Under the pieces are notes generated by a model, which saw only the letters and a program-made list of their open reading frames with translations, ran no database searches and was not told the DNA's origin. Shown one piece after another: positions 47,111 through 56,260 of a stretch of DNA of 64,000 nt (within the stretch, counting starts at the first letter, position 1; each line of letters begins with the position of its first letter). The position numbers and the translations under genes are program-made. Source of the stretch: an uncultured Rickettsiales bacterium (lineage in GTDB: Bacteria; Myxococcota_A; UBA796; UBA9615; CAYRNR01); contig CAZLEO010000001.1 of NCBI GenBank assembly GCA_964558555.1, positions 16,186 through 80,185 of the forward strand, read 5' to 3'.

Positions 47111-47989
47111 ATGATCACGCGATCCACCTACGGCACGTTCCGGCTGGTCACCGAGACCATGCAGAAGGCGGCGGTCGACCTCCAGGAGGCGCAGCTCGAT
47201 GCGGCGACCCTGGACCGGCTGCGCAACCCCTCGGACCACCCCCTCGACGCGGCGGAGTCGCTGCGGCTGCAGGCGGACCTGGACGAACACTACGCCCTGG
47301 CCGACCGGCTGCTGAGCGTGAACAACGAGCTGGCCACCGTGGACGGGGTCCTGGCGGACGCGACCACCCTGATGATCTCGGCCAAGGAGCTCGCCGTGGC
47401 CATGGAGTCCGAGACCGCGTCCACGGAGAACCGGGTGACCGCCGCAGAGGAGATCTCGGCCATCTTCGCCTCCATGGTCAGCGTGGCCAACACGCACTAC
47501 AACGGCATCTACCTGTTCTCGGGCACCTCGGTGGAGACCAAGCCGTTCCTCGCCGATGGCACCTATCAGGGCGGCGCCTCGGGCCGTTCGATCCCGCTGA
47601 TGGGGTCGGACACCATGACCATCAGTTACACGGGCGAGGCGATCTTCGGCGTGTCCGGCGAGAGCCCCTTCGAGGCGCTGGCCGAGCTGGAGGCCGCCTT
47701 GCTCGCCGATGACAGCGACGCCATCGCCGACGCCATGGACAAGCTGGACTCCGCGTACGCGCACGTCGTGTCCATGCGCGGTACCTATGGGGTCGCGTAC
47801 TCGCGCGCTGAGGAGCTGACCTACGCCAGCGAGGAGGCGGCCGCGGCCCTGGAGGGGTTCGTGGGCGTGCTGACCGAGATGGACATGGTCGACGCCTTCT
47901 CCCAGCTGTCCCAGGCGCAGACCATCTACGAGTCCGCAGCCACCACGCTCACCTCCGTCCTGGGCACGAGCATCTTCAAGTACCTGTAG
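47111..47989 (+). CDS. flgL: Hook-associated protein FlgL
   Basis: Motifs PSDHP, ANTHYNGIYLFSG, KPF, SIFKYL; follows flgK. Confidence 0.88.
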   Translation: MITRSTYGTFRLVTETMQKAAVDLQEAQLDAATLDRLRNPSDHPLDAAESLRLQADLDEHYALADRLLSVNNELATVDGVLADATTLMISAKELAVAMESETASTENRVTAAEEISAIFASMVSVANTHYNGIYLFSGTSVETKPFLADGTYQGGASGRSIPLMGSDTMTISYTGEAIFGVSGESPFEALAELEAALLADDSDAIADAMDKLDSAYAHVVSMRGTYGVAYSRAEELTYASEEAAAALEGFVGVLTEMDMVDAFSQLSQAQTIYESAATTLTSVLGTSIFKYL

Positions 47990-48050
47990 CAGATCAGATT
48001 CACGTCCCCCGTTCTTCCGCTTCTTCCGCTCAGGCCCCCCAAAAAGTTTC

Positions 48051-48077
48051 TAAAGGTCCTCGGAATCCCTCCGATAA
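48051..48077 (+). promoter_or_regulatory. Sigma28 promoter of the flagellin genes
   Basis: TAAA-N15-TCCGATAA. Confidence 0.85.
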
Positions 48078-48119
48078 CACAAGACAGTTGGAAACGGCCT
48101 GCTAGAAGGAGCATCACTG

Positions 48120-48947
48120 ATGTCACTGCGAATCAACCACAACATCGCGTCGCTGATGGCCCAGAAGAACGTGAACCGTTCTTCTAGCGCGATGGAGCAG
48201 AGCTACGCGCGTCTGTCTTCGGGGCTGCGTATCACGCAGGCCGCGGACGATGCCGCAGGTCTGGGCGTCAGCGAGAACCTCCGAGCCGACATCGCCTCGA
48301 CGCAGGTGGCCATGCGGAACACCAACGACGGTGTCTCCGTGGTCCAGATCGCGGAGGGGGCGCTGTCCGAGGTGCATTCCATCCTCACCCGTATGCGCGA
48401 GCTGGCCATGCAGTCGGCTTCGGGCACGCTGGGTGACGACGAGCGCGCCTACCTGCAGACCGAGCTCGACGCCATCCGCAACGAGATCGACCGCCTCGCC
48501 AACGTGACGGAGTTCAACGGCACCAGCCTGCTGATCTCCAACACCACGATGGATGTGCAGGTCGGCATCCACGCGGGCTCGAACTACGAGATCAGCATCA
48601 CGCTGGCGTCCATGGACGTCAACGCGCTGAACCTCACCGGCGGCGTCGTCAGCATCGCCAACGCTTCGGACGCCTCGGCGGCCCTGGCCTACATCGACAC
48701 AGCCATCGGGTCGGTGAGCAGCCATCGTGCCACCCTGGGTTCGCAGCAGAACCGGCTGGTTCACACCTACCGCAACCTCGAGGTCAACCTCGAGAACATG
48801 ACCGCGGCCGAGAGCCAGATTCGCGACGTGGACTTCGCCTCGGAGACCGCGGAGCTGACCAAGAACCAGATCCTCGCCCAGGCAGGCGTCTCCGTCCTCG
48901 CCCAGGCCAACTTCGCGCCGCAGATGGCGCTGACGTTGCTGGGTTAG
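48120..48947 (+). CDS. fliC: Flagellin (275 aa), copy 1
   Basis: MSLRINHNIAS, RLSSGLRI..AADDAAGL, RMRELA, AESQIRDVDFA. Confidence 0.96.
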   Translation: MSLRINHNIASLMAQKNVNRSSSAMEQSYARLSSGLRITQAADDAAGLGVSENLRADIASTQVAMRNTNDGVSVVQIAEGALSEVHSILTRMRELAMQSASGTLGDDERAYLQTELDAIRNEIDRLANVTEFNGTSLLISNTTMDVQVGIHAGSNYEISITLASMDVNALNLTGGVVSIANASDASAALAYIDTAIGSVSSHRATLGSQQNRLVHTYRNLEVNLENMTAAESQIRDVDFASETAELTKNQILAQAGVSVLAQANFAPQMALTLLG

Positions 48948-48968
48948 TGACGGCGAGGAGGTAGAACA

Positions 48969-49790
48969 ATGTCCCTGCGAATCAACCACAACATCGCCTC
49001 CCTGATGGCGCAGAAGAACGTGAACCGTTCGTCCAGCGCCATGGAACAGAGCTACGCTCGGCTGTCCAGCGGCCTGCGCATCACCCGCGCCGCCGACGAC
49101 GCCGCGGGCCTGGGAGTCAGCGAAAACCTGCGCGCCGACATCGCCTCCACACAGGTGGCGATGCGGAACACCAACGACGGTGTCTCCGTGGTGCAGATCG
49201 CCGAGGGCGCGCTGTCCGAGGTGCACTCCATCCTCACCCGGATGCGCGAGCTGGCCATGCAGTCGGGCTCGGGCACGCTCGGCGACGACGAGCGAGCCTA
49301 CCTGCAGACGGAGTTCTCCGCCATCCGCGACGAGATCGACCGTCTCGCCGAGACGACCGAGTTCAACGGCACGTCTCTGCTCAACACGTCCACCACCATG
49401 GACGTGCAGGTGGGCATCCACGCGGGATCGAACTACGAGATCTCGATCACGCTGAACTCCGCCGGCATGTCCGCGCTGGACATCGACGCGCTGAACATCA
49501 GCAACGCGACGTCGGCCACCGACGCCCTGGCCTACATCGACACGGCCATCGGGTCGGTGAGCAGCCACCGCGCGACGCTGGGTTCACAGCAGAACCGTCT
49601 GATGCACACCTACCGGAACCTCGAGGTGAACCTGGAGAACATGACGGCAGCCGAGAGCCAGATCCGCGACGTGGACTTCGCGTCCGAGACCGCGGAGCTG
49701 ACCAAGAACCAGATCCTGGCTCAGGCCGGGGTCTCGGTCCTGGCCCAGGCCAACTTCGCGCCGCAGATGGCGCTGACGCTGCTCGGTTAG
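48969..49790 (+). CDS. fliC: Flagellin (273 aa), copy 2
   Basis: Near-identical paralogue of copy 1, differing mainly in the central region. Confidence 0.96.
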   Translation: MSLRINHNIASLMAQKNVNRSSSAMEQSYARLSSGLRITRAADDAAGLGVSENLRADIASTQVAMRNTNDGVSVVQIAEGALSEVHSILTRMRELAMQSGSGTLGDDERAYLQTEFSAIRDEIDRLAETTEFNGTSLLNTSTTMDVQVGIHAGSNYEISITLNSAGMSALDIDALNISNATSATDALAYIDTAIGSVSSHRATLGSQQNRLMHTYRNLEVNLENMTAAESQIRDVDFASETAELTKNQILAQAGVSVLAQANFAPQMALTLLG

Positions 49791-49801
49791 GGTTTTCGAT
49801 A

Positions 49802-49827
49802 GCCCCGGGGGTGGAAGCCCCCGGGGC
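49802..49827. terminator. Strong GC stem-loop between fliC2 and flaG
   Basis: GCCCCGGGGG-TGGAAG-CCCCCGGGGC; no U-tract, so possibly a partial terminator or mRNA stabiliser. Confidence 0.55.
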
Positions 49828-49852
49828 ACCCTGACGAGAACAAAGGTGCAAC

Positions 49853-50347
49853 GTGAGTAACACCATCCCCAGACTCCTCCCGGCCTCGCAGGCAGCATCG
49901 CTGCGTGCGTCCAGGGGGAAGGCCGCCTCCGAGGGGCAGGCCGAGTCGAAGGGCGGGGTGGTGTCCGGTCCGGGAGTTGACGGCAACTCCTCACGGCCTG
50001 CAGCCGGAGACCCAACCGCCACGACCTCCACGAAAACCGTGTCGCTGTCCTCGCGGGCATCCGCCGGGATCGCTGCATACGAAGCTCAGGAACAGGAGAA
50101 TGTCACCAGGCGGTGGAGCGAGTCCGCCGCCAAGGCCATCGCCGAGGAGATCGAGGAAGCCGCCGAGGCCGCCGACCGCACGGGCCTCCGCGTCAAGACC
50201 GAAGTACACGAAGAGACTGGCCGCTACATCATGCGCGTGGTAGACGAATCAGGTGAGGTTCTCAAGGAGTTCCCGCCGGCGGACTACCTCGACGTGGTTG
50301 CCGCTCTGGAAGAACTCGGGGGCCTGCTGCTACAAGAGGAGCTGTAG
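49853..50347 (+). CDS. flaG: FlaG family flagellar protein
   Basis: VHEETGRYIMRVVDESGEVLKEFPP...GLLL; lies between fliC and fliD. Confidence 0.8.
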   Translation: MSNTIPRLLPASQAASLRASRGKAASEGQAESKGGVVSGPGVDGNSSRPAAGDPTATTSTKTVSLSSRASAGIAAYEAQEQENVTRRWSESAAKAIAEEIEEAAEAADRTGLRVKTEVHEETGRYIMRVVDESGEVLKEFPPADYLDVVAALEELGGLLLQEEL

Positions 50348-50350
50348 ACC

Positions 50351-51676
50351 ATGGGTGTCACCGTAGACGGGCTGGTCTCCGGCCTGGACACCACCTCGAT
50401 CATCGACGCCTACATGTCCGTGGCGGAGGCTTCCACCGACCGCCTCCGCGATCAGCAAACCGATCTCGAGAATCGCCTGACCCTGCTCCAGGAGCTCAAC
50501 GGCTATCTGGAAGACCTGCAGTCCATCGCCGAATCGTACGAGGACACCGACGACCTGCGCATCGCCTCGGCCATCAGCTCCAACGAGTCGGTCATGACCG
50601 TCACCGCGGAGGCCGGCGCCCAGGTGGGTACGTACTTCGTCGAAGTGTCGCAGCTGGCCCAGGCGGAGATGGAGGTCTCGCAGGGGTACGCCGCCACGGA
50701 CGACGTGGTGGCGACGTCGGGATCGCTGACCATCACCGTGGCCGGTGAGGACACGGTCATCGACGTGTCCGAGGCCAACGGCAACAACACCCTGTCCACC
50801 CTGGCCGCGGACATCAACGAGAACGTGGACGGGGCCCAGGCGTACATCCTCAACGACGGCGGGGCGAATCCGTACCGCCTGGTCATCGTCACCGATGACA
50901 CGGGCGAGGATCAGACGCTGGAGTTCAGCTCCACCCTCGCGGGTGGGACGGCGCCGGTGTTCACCGAGCAGCTCACGGCGGCCGACGCCGAGATGGCCAT
51001 CGCCGGCCTGACGGTGTCGTCGTCCACCAACCGCTTCACCGACGTGGTGCCGGGACTGACCTTCGAGGCGGTCTCCACCGGGTCGGCGACCGTCACCTCC
51101 GACCTGGATGTCACCGGCGTGGTGGACGCGGTCCAGGAGTTCGTCGACGCCTACAACGCCGTGGCGAACTTCCTCGACGACTACACCGGCATGGAAGCGG
51201 ACGGCGACGTGTCCCTCCTCGCCGGCGAGTCGGTGCTGACCACCGTCCAGAGCAACCTGCAGACGGTGATGAGCGGCCTCTACCAGGCCGGCGACCTGCA
51301 GGGGACCTCCGTCCTGGGATTCGCGACCCAGCAGGATGGGTCGTTGGAGCTGGACACCACCGCTCTGACGGACGCGTTGACCGACTCTCCCTCCGACGCC
51401 CTGGAGATCATCGCCGGCGCGGACGGTATCTTCGAATCGCTGGACGGCCGGCTGGACATGGTGCTCGATCCGGACACCGGGTCCATGAGCCTGCGCCAGG
51501 AGAGCCTCGACGACCAGATCGAGGCGTTGCAAGAACAGATCGAAGCCGACGAGGCCAACCTCGAGATCTACGAGTCGGCCCTGCGTCAGCAGTTCACCAA
51601 CCTGGAGATCGTCCTGGCCCAGATGCAGACCATGAGCTCGTACCTGACGCAGCTCTTCGGCCAGGATGACGAGTGA
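50351..51676 (+). CDS. fliD: Filament cap protein FliD
   Basis: GLVSGLDT, VSQLAQ, YRLVI...TGE, FVDAYN, LRQQFTNLE. Confidence 0.92.
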   Translation: MGVTVDGLVSGLDTTSIIDAYMSVAEASTDRLRDQQTDLENRLTLLQELNGYLEDLQSIAESYEDTDDLRIASAISSNESVMTVTAEAGAQVGTYFVEVSQLAQAEMEVSQGYAATDDVVATSGSLTITVAGEDTVIDVSEANGNNTLSTLAADINENVDGAQAYILNDGGANPYRLVIVTDDTGEDQTLEFSSTLAGGTAPVFTEQLTAADAEMAIAGLTVSSSTNRFTDVVPGLTFEAVSTGSATVTSDLDVTGVVDAVQEFVDAYNAVANFLDDYTGMEADGDVSLLAGESVLTTVQSNLQTVMSGLYQAGDLQGTSVLGFATQQDGSLELDTTALTDALTDSPSDALEIIAGADGIFESLDGRLDMVLDPDTGSMSLRQESLDDQIEALQEQIEADEANLEIYESALRQQFTNLEIVLAQMQTMSSYLTQLFGQDDE

Positions 51677-51684
51677 GGTCCAAG

Positions 51685-52089
51685 ATGATGACCACGCCAA
51701 CCGACGCCAAGATCGCCGCCTACACCCGCACCAACGTGGAGACCCGCAGCGAACCCCAGCTGCTGGTGGACCTGTGTGACCGCGCCCTCGTGGCCGTGGA
51801 CGCGGCCCGGACGACGCAGGACGTGACCGTCCAGCGAGCGTCCCTGCAGCGCGCACGGGAGATCGTCTCGTTCTTGCAGGACAGCCTCAGCGTGGAGGTG
51901 GGCGGCGCGGTCGCCGTGAACCTCATGCGCCACTACACCTTCCTCAACCGGAGCCTGATCGACGCCATCGACGAGCCCGCCAAGGCCGACCTGGACATGC
52001 TGCACGGCAAGTTCGCCGAGCTGCACGAGACCTGGCGCGAGGCCGTGAAGATCGTCATGGAGGCCGAAGCGGATGCCCCCCAGGAGTGA
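51685..52089 (+). CDS. fliS: Flagellin chaperone FliS
   Basis: AYTRTNVET..PQLL, IVSFLQDSL..EVGG.VA.NL..Y; follows fliD. Confidence 0.85.
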   Translation: MMTTPTDAKIAAYTRTNVETRSEPQLLVDLCDRALVAVDAARTTQDVTVQRASLQRAREIVSFLQDSLSVEVGGAVAVNLMRHYTFLNRSLIDAIDEPAKADLDMLHGKFAELHETWREAVKIVMEAEADAPQE

Positions 52090-52429
52090 TCTCCTCCGCC
52101 TCCTCGACGAGGCCACCGCCCGGATCGACCAGCTGAACGCCGCTGCCGCCGTCCCTGAAGAACTCGCTCGCCTCCTGCCCGAACTCGACCAGAACTTCGA
52201 GGACATCCGCCGGGCCACCCGGGACTTCGAGGGTCCGCCCAGCGACGACGAGCGGCGTGCATTCGAGGCCTGGGAGGCCGCTGCCGCACGGCTGCAGTCC
52301 AGGGCTCGGGACAACCTCGAACTCCTCGACGGCAAGTTCGGCGACCTCCGCAAGGCCCGCTCGGCCCTGCGCGCCTATTCCACCCTGGATCCTCACCACA
52401 AGGCGCAGCGGCTGCAAAAGAAGCTGTAG
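52073..52429 (+). CDS. FliT-like helical protein
   Basis: 118-aa helical ORF after fliS ending ALRAY...; positional assignment. Confidence 0.5.
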   Translation: MPPRSDLLRLLDEATARIDQLNAAAAVPEELARLLPELDQNFEDIRRATRDFEGPPSDDERRAFEAWEAAAARLQSRARDNLELLDGKFGDLRKARSALRAYSTLDPHHKAQRLQKKL

Positions 52430-52440
52430 CACGCTACTGC

Positions 52441-52474
52441 GACCAATCCCTGACGGAAGTGTCAACCTGCTGAC
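52441..52474. promoter_or_regulatory. GTCA-N6-TGAC box pair upstream of the PilZ operon
   Basis: GTCAACCTGCTGAC at 52461-52474 and degenerate GACCAATCCCTGAC at 52441-52454. Confidence 0.6.
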
Positions 52475-52526
52475 GGGGCGCGGGGCTGCGATCGGGCCCT
52501 GTGGGCCGGATCTGGGTATGCTGGAG

Positions 52527-52543
52527 TTGGTCCGGTTCCTGCA
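52527..52543 (+). promoter_or_regulatory. Putative sigma54 promoter of the PilZ operon
   Basis: TTGGTCCGGTTCCTGCA, with GG-N10-GC spacing. Confidence 0.55.
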
Positions 52544-52567
52544 AACACCTTGCATCGGAGAAGTCTG

Positions 52568-53137
52568 GTGAGCGAGTTCAAGGGCGATAGAGACCGTCGC
52601 AAGTTCTTCCGTGTGCGGATGTCCGCGCAGATGGCCCTGGGTCCAAGGCGGCTCGATCTGCTGGAGGATCCCGGGTTCGCGCTGCGCGTGAAACACGCCG
52701 ACCTGGTGGACAGCCTGCTGGAGCTGCGCAAGGAAGCCGAGAACGTGCTCGTGGACTCGGTGGACAAGGGGGTCGAGTACCTGCTGGCCCTGCAAGATCT
52801 CGCCGCCGGCTCCCTGGACACGCGAGCCTTCGAGGAGCGCAAGCTCTCGGTGGTCCTGGATCACCGGGAGATCAGCCTGTCCGAGGGGGGCGTCGGCTTC
52901 GAAGGGGTCGCCCCTTGCGAGCTGGGCGAGGAACTCACTGCCGTGATCATCGACATGGCTCACCCGTCGCGCCGGCCGATCCCCGTGCGGGTGCGTCTGG
53001 TGCGCCGTCAGGACATCGGCGACCGCTCCTATCTGGGCTTCGAGTTCCTGGACGTGCCGTCGGACGTGCAGCGTCACCTCGTGGAGATGGTGTTCGCCGA
53101 GCAACGGCGCCAGATACGGGAGGCGAGGAAGACGTGA
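52568..53137 (+). CDS. PilZ-domain (c-di-GMP receptor-like) protein
   Basis: RRKFFR (RxxxR), helical insert, SLSEGG (DxSxxG variant), LGFEF. Confidence 0.8.
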   Translation: MSEFKGDRDRRKFFRVRMSAQMALGPRRLDLLEDPGFALRVKHADLVDSLLELRKEAENVLVDSVDKGVEYLLALQDLAAGSLDTRAFEERKLSVVLDHREISLSEGGVGFEGVAPCELGEELTAVIIDMAHPSRRPIPVRVRLVRRQDIGDRSYLGFEFLDVPSDVQRHLVEMVFAEQRRQIREARKT

Positions 53138-53712
53138 CTCCCATCGCCGGATTGCTAGCCGTAGCATTCTCGTTGTCTGCCGGGGTCTCCAGCGTGAAGA
53201 GCCCGGAGATGGCGGTCGTGTACGAGCGCACCACCGCCCCGGCGATCGACACCCACGTCACGGTCCGCCCGATCCCCTACGTGGGCGTGGGCATGCAGTT
53301 CAACTACACCCAGCGGGCGGGCTCCGCCGTGGGTGTGTCGACCCTGGAGAACATGGGCATCCAGTCCACCTTCCACCTGGCCACCCTCGGGTTGCGGGTG
53401 GAGGGACGGCTCGAGGTGGCCCAGCACCAGCGGGTGATCCCGTTCGTGGTGGGGGGCCCCCTCGTCACGTTCTACGAGGAGCAGGTGCAGACCGCCGAGG
53501 TCAAGGGCGGCAAGCCCGGCGCCTTCATCGGCGGCGGCGCGAGCCTGCTGTTGACGCCCGAGACCACCTGGTCGATCCAGCCGCGGCCGCGGCTGCACGG
53601 CGTCTACCTGAACTTCGAGGTGGGCAACCGCTGGTCGAAGTGGGCGTCGGGGGACGGCCTGGATCTGGGGGGCTGGTACCTGTTCGGTGGTGTGGAGGTG
53701 GCGCTGAGGTGA
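53134..53712 (+). CDS. Putative small outer-membrane beta-barrel protein
   Basis: GTGA overlap; amphipathic strands (LGLRVEGRL, IPFVVGG, GVYLNFEV, LGGWYLFGGVEVALR). Confidence 0.55.
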   Translation: MTPIAGLLAVAFSLSAGVSSVKSPEMAVVYERTTAPAIDTHVTVRPIPYVGVGMQFNYTQRAGSAVGVSTLENMGIQSTFHLATLGLRVEGRLEVAQHQRVIPFVVGGPLVTFYEEQVQTAEVKGGKPGAFIGGGASLLLTPETTWSIQPRPRLHGVYLNFEVGNRWSKWASGDGLDLGGWYLFGGVEVALR

Positions 53713-54599
53713 GGACGCTCTGGACCCTGGCCCTTTGTCTGTGGACGTTGCCGGCGATGGCGCAACCCGAGGTGGTGGCCGTGTACACGGCGCCGTTGGG
53801 GTTCGCGCCGGACGGCGAGGTCACCTCCATGGAATACCAGGTGCGGACAGCCGGCCTCGAGGGTGTGCGCGAGGGCAGCATCCTCATCGCCTACCGTCGC
53901 GTACCGGCCGCGCGCGGGGACGCGCCGTTCCGTTTCGAGCCGGTCTGGCTGGAGGCGGGGCGTCTCCAGGTGACCGCGGTGGGGCCGCGCTGGGTCACGG
54001 CCCGGCAGGTGGCCGAGTCACCGCACCTGCCGCTGCCCTCCCTGGACCACGATGGCCTCCCCCTGGACCGGATCTGCATCGGCGATCGGGTGGTGGAGTC
54101 GGGCCAGGTCGGCCTGACGGACAGCCAGGTCGTCGGCAGGTTCGACCTGGACCTGCTGTTCCCCGGCGGTGGCCACGAGATGGAGATCGAGGGCCAGGAG
54201 GCGGTGCGCCTCTGGCTCAGTCGCTTTGGCGTGCTCGGCGCCGTGCAGGTGGACGTGTCCGTGCCCGGGCCCCAGCCCCACGGCACGGGTGCGCCGCCGA
54301 CCACGGACGAACGGATCACCGCGGTGCCCCTGCGCGGCGACCACGGCTGGGCCGAGGTCCAGCGCGTAGAGGAGCATGTGACGCTGGCCCAGCGTCGCGC
54401 CCGTCGGCTCGCCGACGCGGTGGAGGCCGCGCTGGGTATGGAGGATGGACGCGTGCTGGCCACGGTGTCGTGGGCGGGCGAGGGCGTGAGCGAGCCCGGG
54501 ACCGCCACGATCCGCCTCGGCCACGCCGGGGTGCTGCCGGCCATGCGGCCTGGCGAGTCACCCACCGCGCGTGCGAGTGGACTTGGAGCTGCACCATGA
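53709..54599 (+). CDS. Exported protein with a FlgT-C-like beta domain and a degenerate OmpA-like domain
   Basis: Signal peptide; GLEGVREGS..YRR...GRLQVTAV...IGDRV; LLFPGG...LAQRRARRL. Confidence 0.5.
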   Translation: MRTLWTLALCLWTLPAMAQPEVVAVYTAPLGFAPDGEVTSMEYQVRTAGLEGVREGSILIAYRRVPAARGDAPFRFEPVWLEAGRLQVTAVGPRWVTARQVAESPHLPLPSLDHDGLPLDRICIGDRVVESGQVGLTDSQVVGRFDLDLLFPGGGHEMEIEGQEAVRLWLSRFGVLGAVQVDVSVPGPQPHGTGAPPTTDERITAVPLRGDHGWAEVQRVEEHVTLAQRRARRLADAVEAALGMEDGRVLATVSWAGEGVSEPGTATIRLGHAGVLPAMRPGESPTARASGLGAAP

Positions 54600-55939
54600 C
54601 TCGAGTCACCACGAGATGGGCGAACGCCCTCGCGTTGACGACCGCGCTGGCCCTTGCCGCGCCGGCCGCCGCCGCCGAAGGACCCGCCCTGGATACGCTT
54701 CGCTTCCGGATGTCCCCTCTACCGGGAGACATCCTCGGCGTGGGCGCGGCCACGGCCCACGAGGCCGGCGTGCTGCGGGGGATGTTCTCGCTGCAGGGCG
54801 AGCACAACCCCATCTTCCTGGTCACGGATCCCGACCGCGTCGATCCCGTCATCGAGGACCGCATGGTCGGCGAGGTGGCCATGACGTTCGGGCTGGGCAA
54901 GGGGATCTCCCTGTGGACCGGCCTGCCCATGGTCATGTTCCAGTCCGGCTGGTGGCCCGAACAGTCCGAGGACATCCACTCGTGGGGCCTGGGAGACCTG
55001 CGCTTCGGCGCGGCGTTCCCCGTGCTGGATCCCGAGAAGTACCCCGTAGGTGTGGCGATCCGTCCCGCCGTCCAGGTGCCGACGGGTGTCCGTCAGGCCT
55101 TTGCCTCCTCTGGAGTCGTCGAACTCCACGGTGCCGTCGCCGTCGAGACCCGCCGCCTCGGACCGGTGCGACTCGCGTCGTCCCTCGGCGCTCGCATCGG
55201 CCCGCCGAGCGATTGGGTCGACGTGGAGGTGTACTCCGCGTTCACCTACGGCCTGGGCGTGGACGTGCGCCTGCACGACCGCTGGACCGTGGATGCGGCC
55301 TGGCTCGGCGAGGTGGCCGGCAACAACTGGGAGAACCCCATGGAGCTGCGGGTCGGCGGCACCTTCGTGCCCACCGACGGCGTCTTCGTCGGCGCCACGA
55401 TGGGCTGGGGCCTCGCCCCCGGTGCCGGCACCCCCGACTTCCGCCTGGGCTTCAACATCGGCCTCGGCGGCCCGGTCAAGAAGAAGACGCCCGAGGTCGA
55501 GATCGTCGAGCCCATCCCCATCGAGCCCGTCGGGCCCGTCCTGGCCCCGGCCATGACCGACGCCACCGTCGCGCTCGCCGAGAGCCCCACCGGGTACGTC
55601 GAGATCCTCATGCCGATCCCCGTGGTGTTCCGTGAGGGGGAGACCCGCCTGAGCAAGGAGGCTCGAGCGGCGCTGGAGTCCGTCGTCGACTACCTCGACA
55701 AGCACCCCGAGATGCGCCCCATCGTCGTGCTCGGCCACGGCGATGAGACCGGCGGCGACGAGTACAACACCACCCTCTCCCGCCGCCGTGCCATCTCCAC
55801 ACGCAAGTTCCTCGTGGACGAGGGCGGCATCTCCGCCGACCACCTCGCCGTCCCCGAGGAGAGCCCCCTGCAGAACTCTCCCGACGTCCGGACGGGGCGT
55901 CGTTCTTCCGTCGGTTTCGTCCTCTCTTCCGGCTCCTGA
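54596..55939 (+). CDS. OmpA-family protein with N-terminal outer-membrane barrel
   Basis: Signal peptide; GLGDLR, NPMEL, GAGTPDFR; Pro linker; OmpA_C motifs VVF...VLGHGD..G..YN..LSRRRA. Confidence 0.8.
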   Translation: MTRVTTRWANALALTTALALAAPAAAAEGPALDTLRFRMSPLPGDILGVGAATAHEAGVLRGMFSLQGEHNPIFLVTDPDRVDPVIEDRMVGEVAMTFGLGKGISLWTGLPMVMFQSGWWPEQSEDIHSWGLGDLRFGAAFPVLDPEKYPVGVAIRPAVQVPTGVRQAFASSGVVELHGAVAVETRRLGPVRLASSLGARIGPPSDWVDVEVYSAFTYGLGVDVRLHDRWTVDAAWLGEVAGNNWENPMELRVGGTFVPTDGVFVGATMGWGLAPGAGTPDFRLGFNIGLGGPVKKKTPEVEIVEPIPIEPVGPVLAPAMTDATVALAESPTGYVEILMPIPVVFREGETRLSKEARAALESVVDYLDKHPEMRPIVVLGHGDETGGDEYNTTLSRRRAISTRKFLVDEGGISADHLAVPEESPLQNSPDVRTGRRSSVGFVLSSGS

Positions 55940-55956
55940 TTTCCCTCACAAACGCC

Positions 55957-55983
55957 TCAAGAATTCGGCGGTTCTGCCGATAA
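55957..55983 (+). promoter_or_regulatory. Sigma28 promoter with perfect -10 element
   Basis: TCAA-N15-GCCGATAA. Confidence 0.75.
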
Positions 55984-55989
55984 CAACAA

Positions 55990-56171
55990 TATGGGAGCGT
56001 CGGCGGTCCGTCCGCCGTTACAAAGACGAGGAATGTGCCGATGTACGCGTTTCATGAAGCGAGGTTCGCTCGCTCGCCCCCGTAACTTCCAGCGTAAGGT
56101 GCTGGGAAGTGCATAGGAGGCTGGGGCGTAGCATTGCAGGCCGCTGCGCCCTGGTCTCCTTTGTTTATTTT
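55990..56171 (+). ncRNA. Candidate sigma28-dependent sRNA or small-peptide transcript
   Basis: Bounded by the sigma28 promoter and an intrinsic terminator; internal hairpins; only short ORFs (14 and 41 aa). Confidence 0.5.
56116..56171 (+). terminator. Intrinsic terminator
   Basis: 17-bp stem GGAGGCTGGGGCGTAGC / GCTGCGCCCTGGTCTCC (with G-U pairs) followed by TTTGTTTATTTT. Confidence 0.8.
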
Positions 56172-56260
56172 GGTACAGAAATACGCCTGTGGTCCGACCT
56201 GAATTCCGACCGTTTCTTTTCCACGCGCGTTACAATCGGATCCTCTACAGAGGGGGATCC

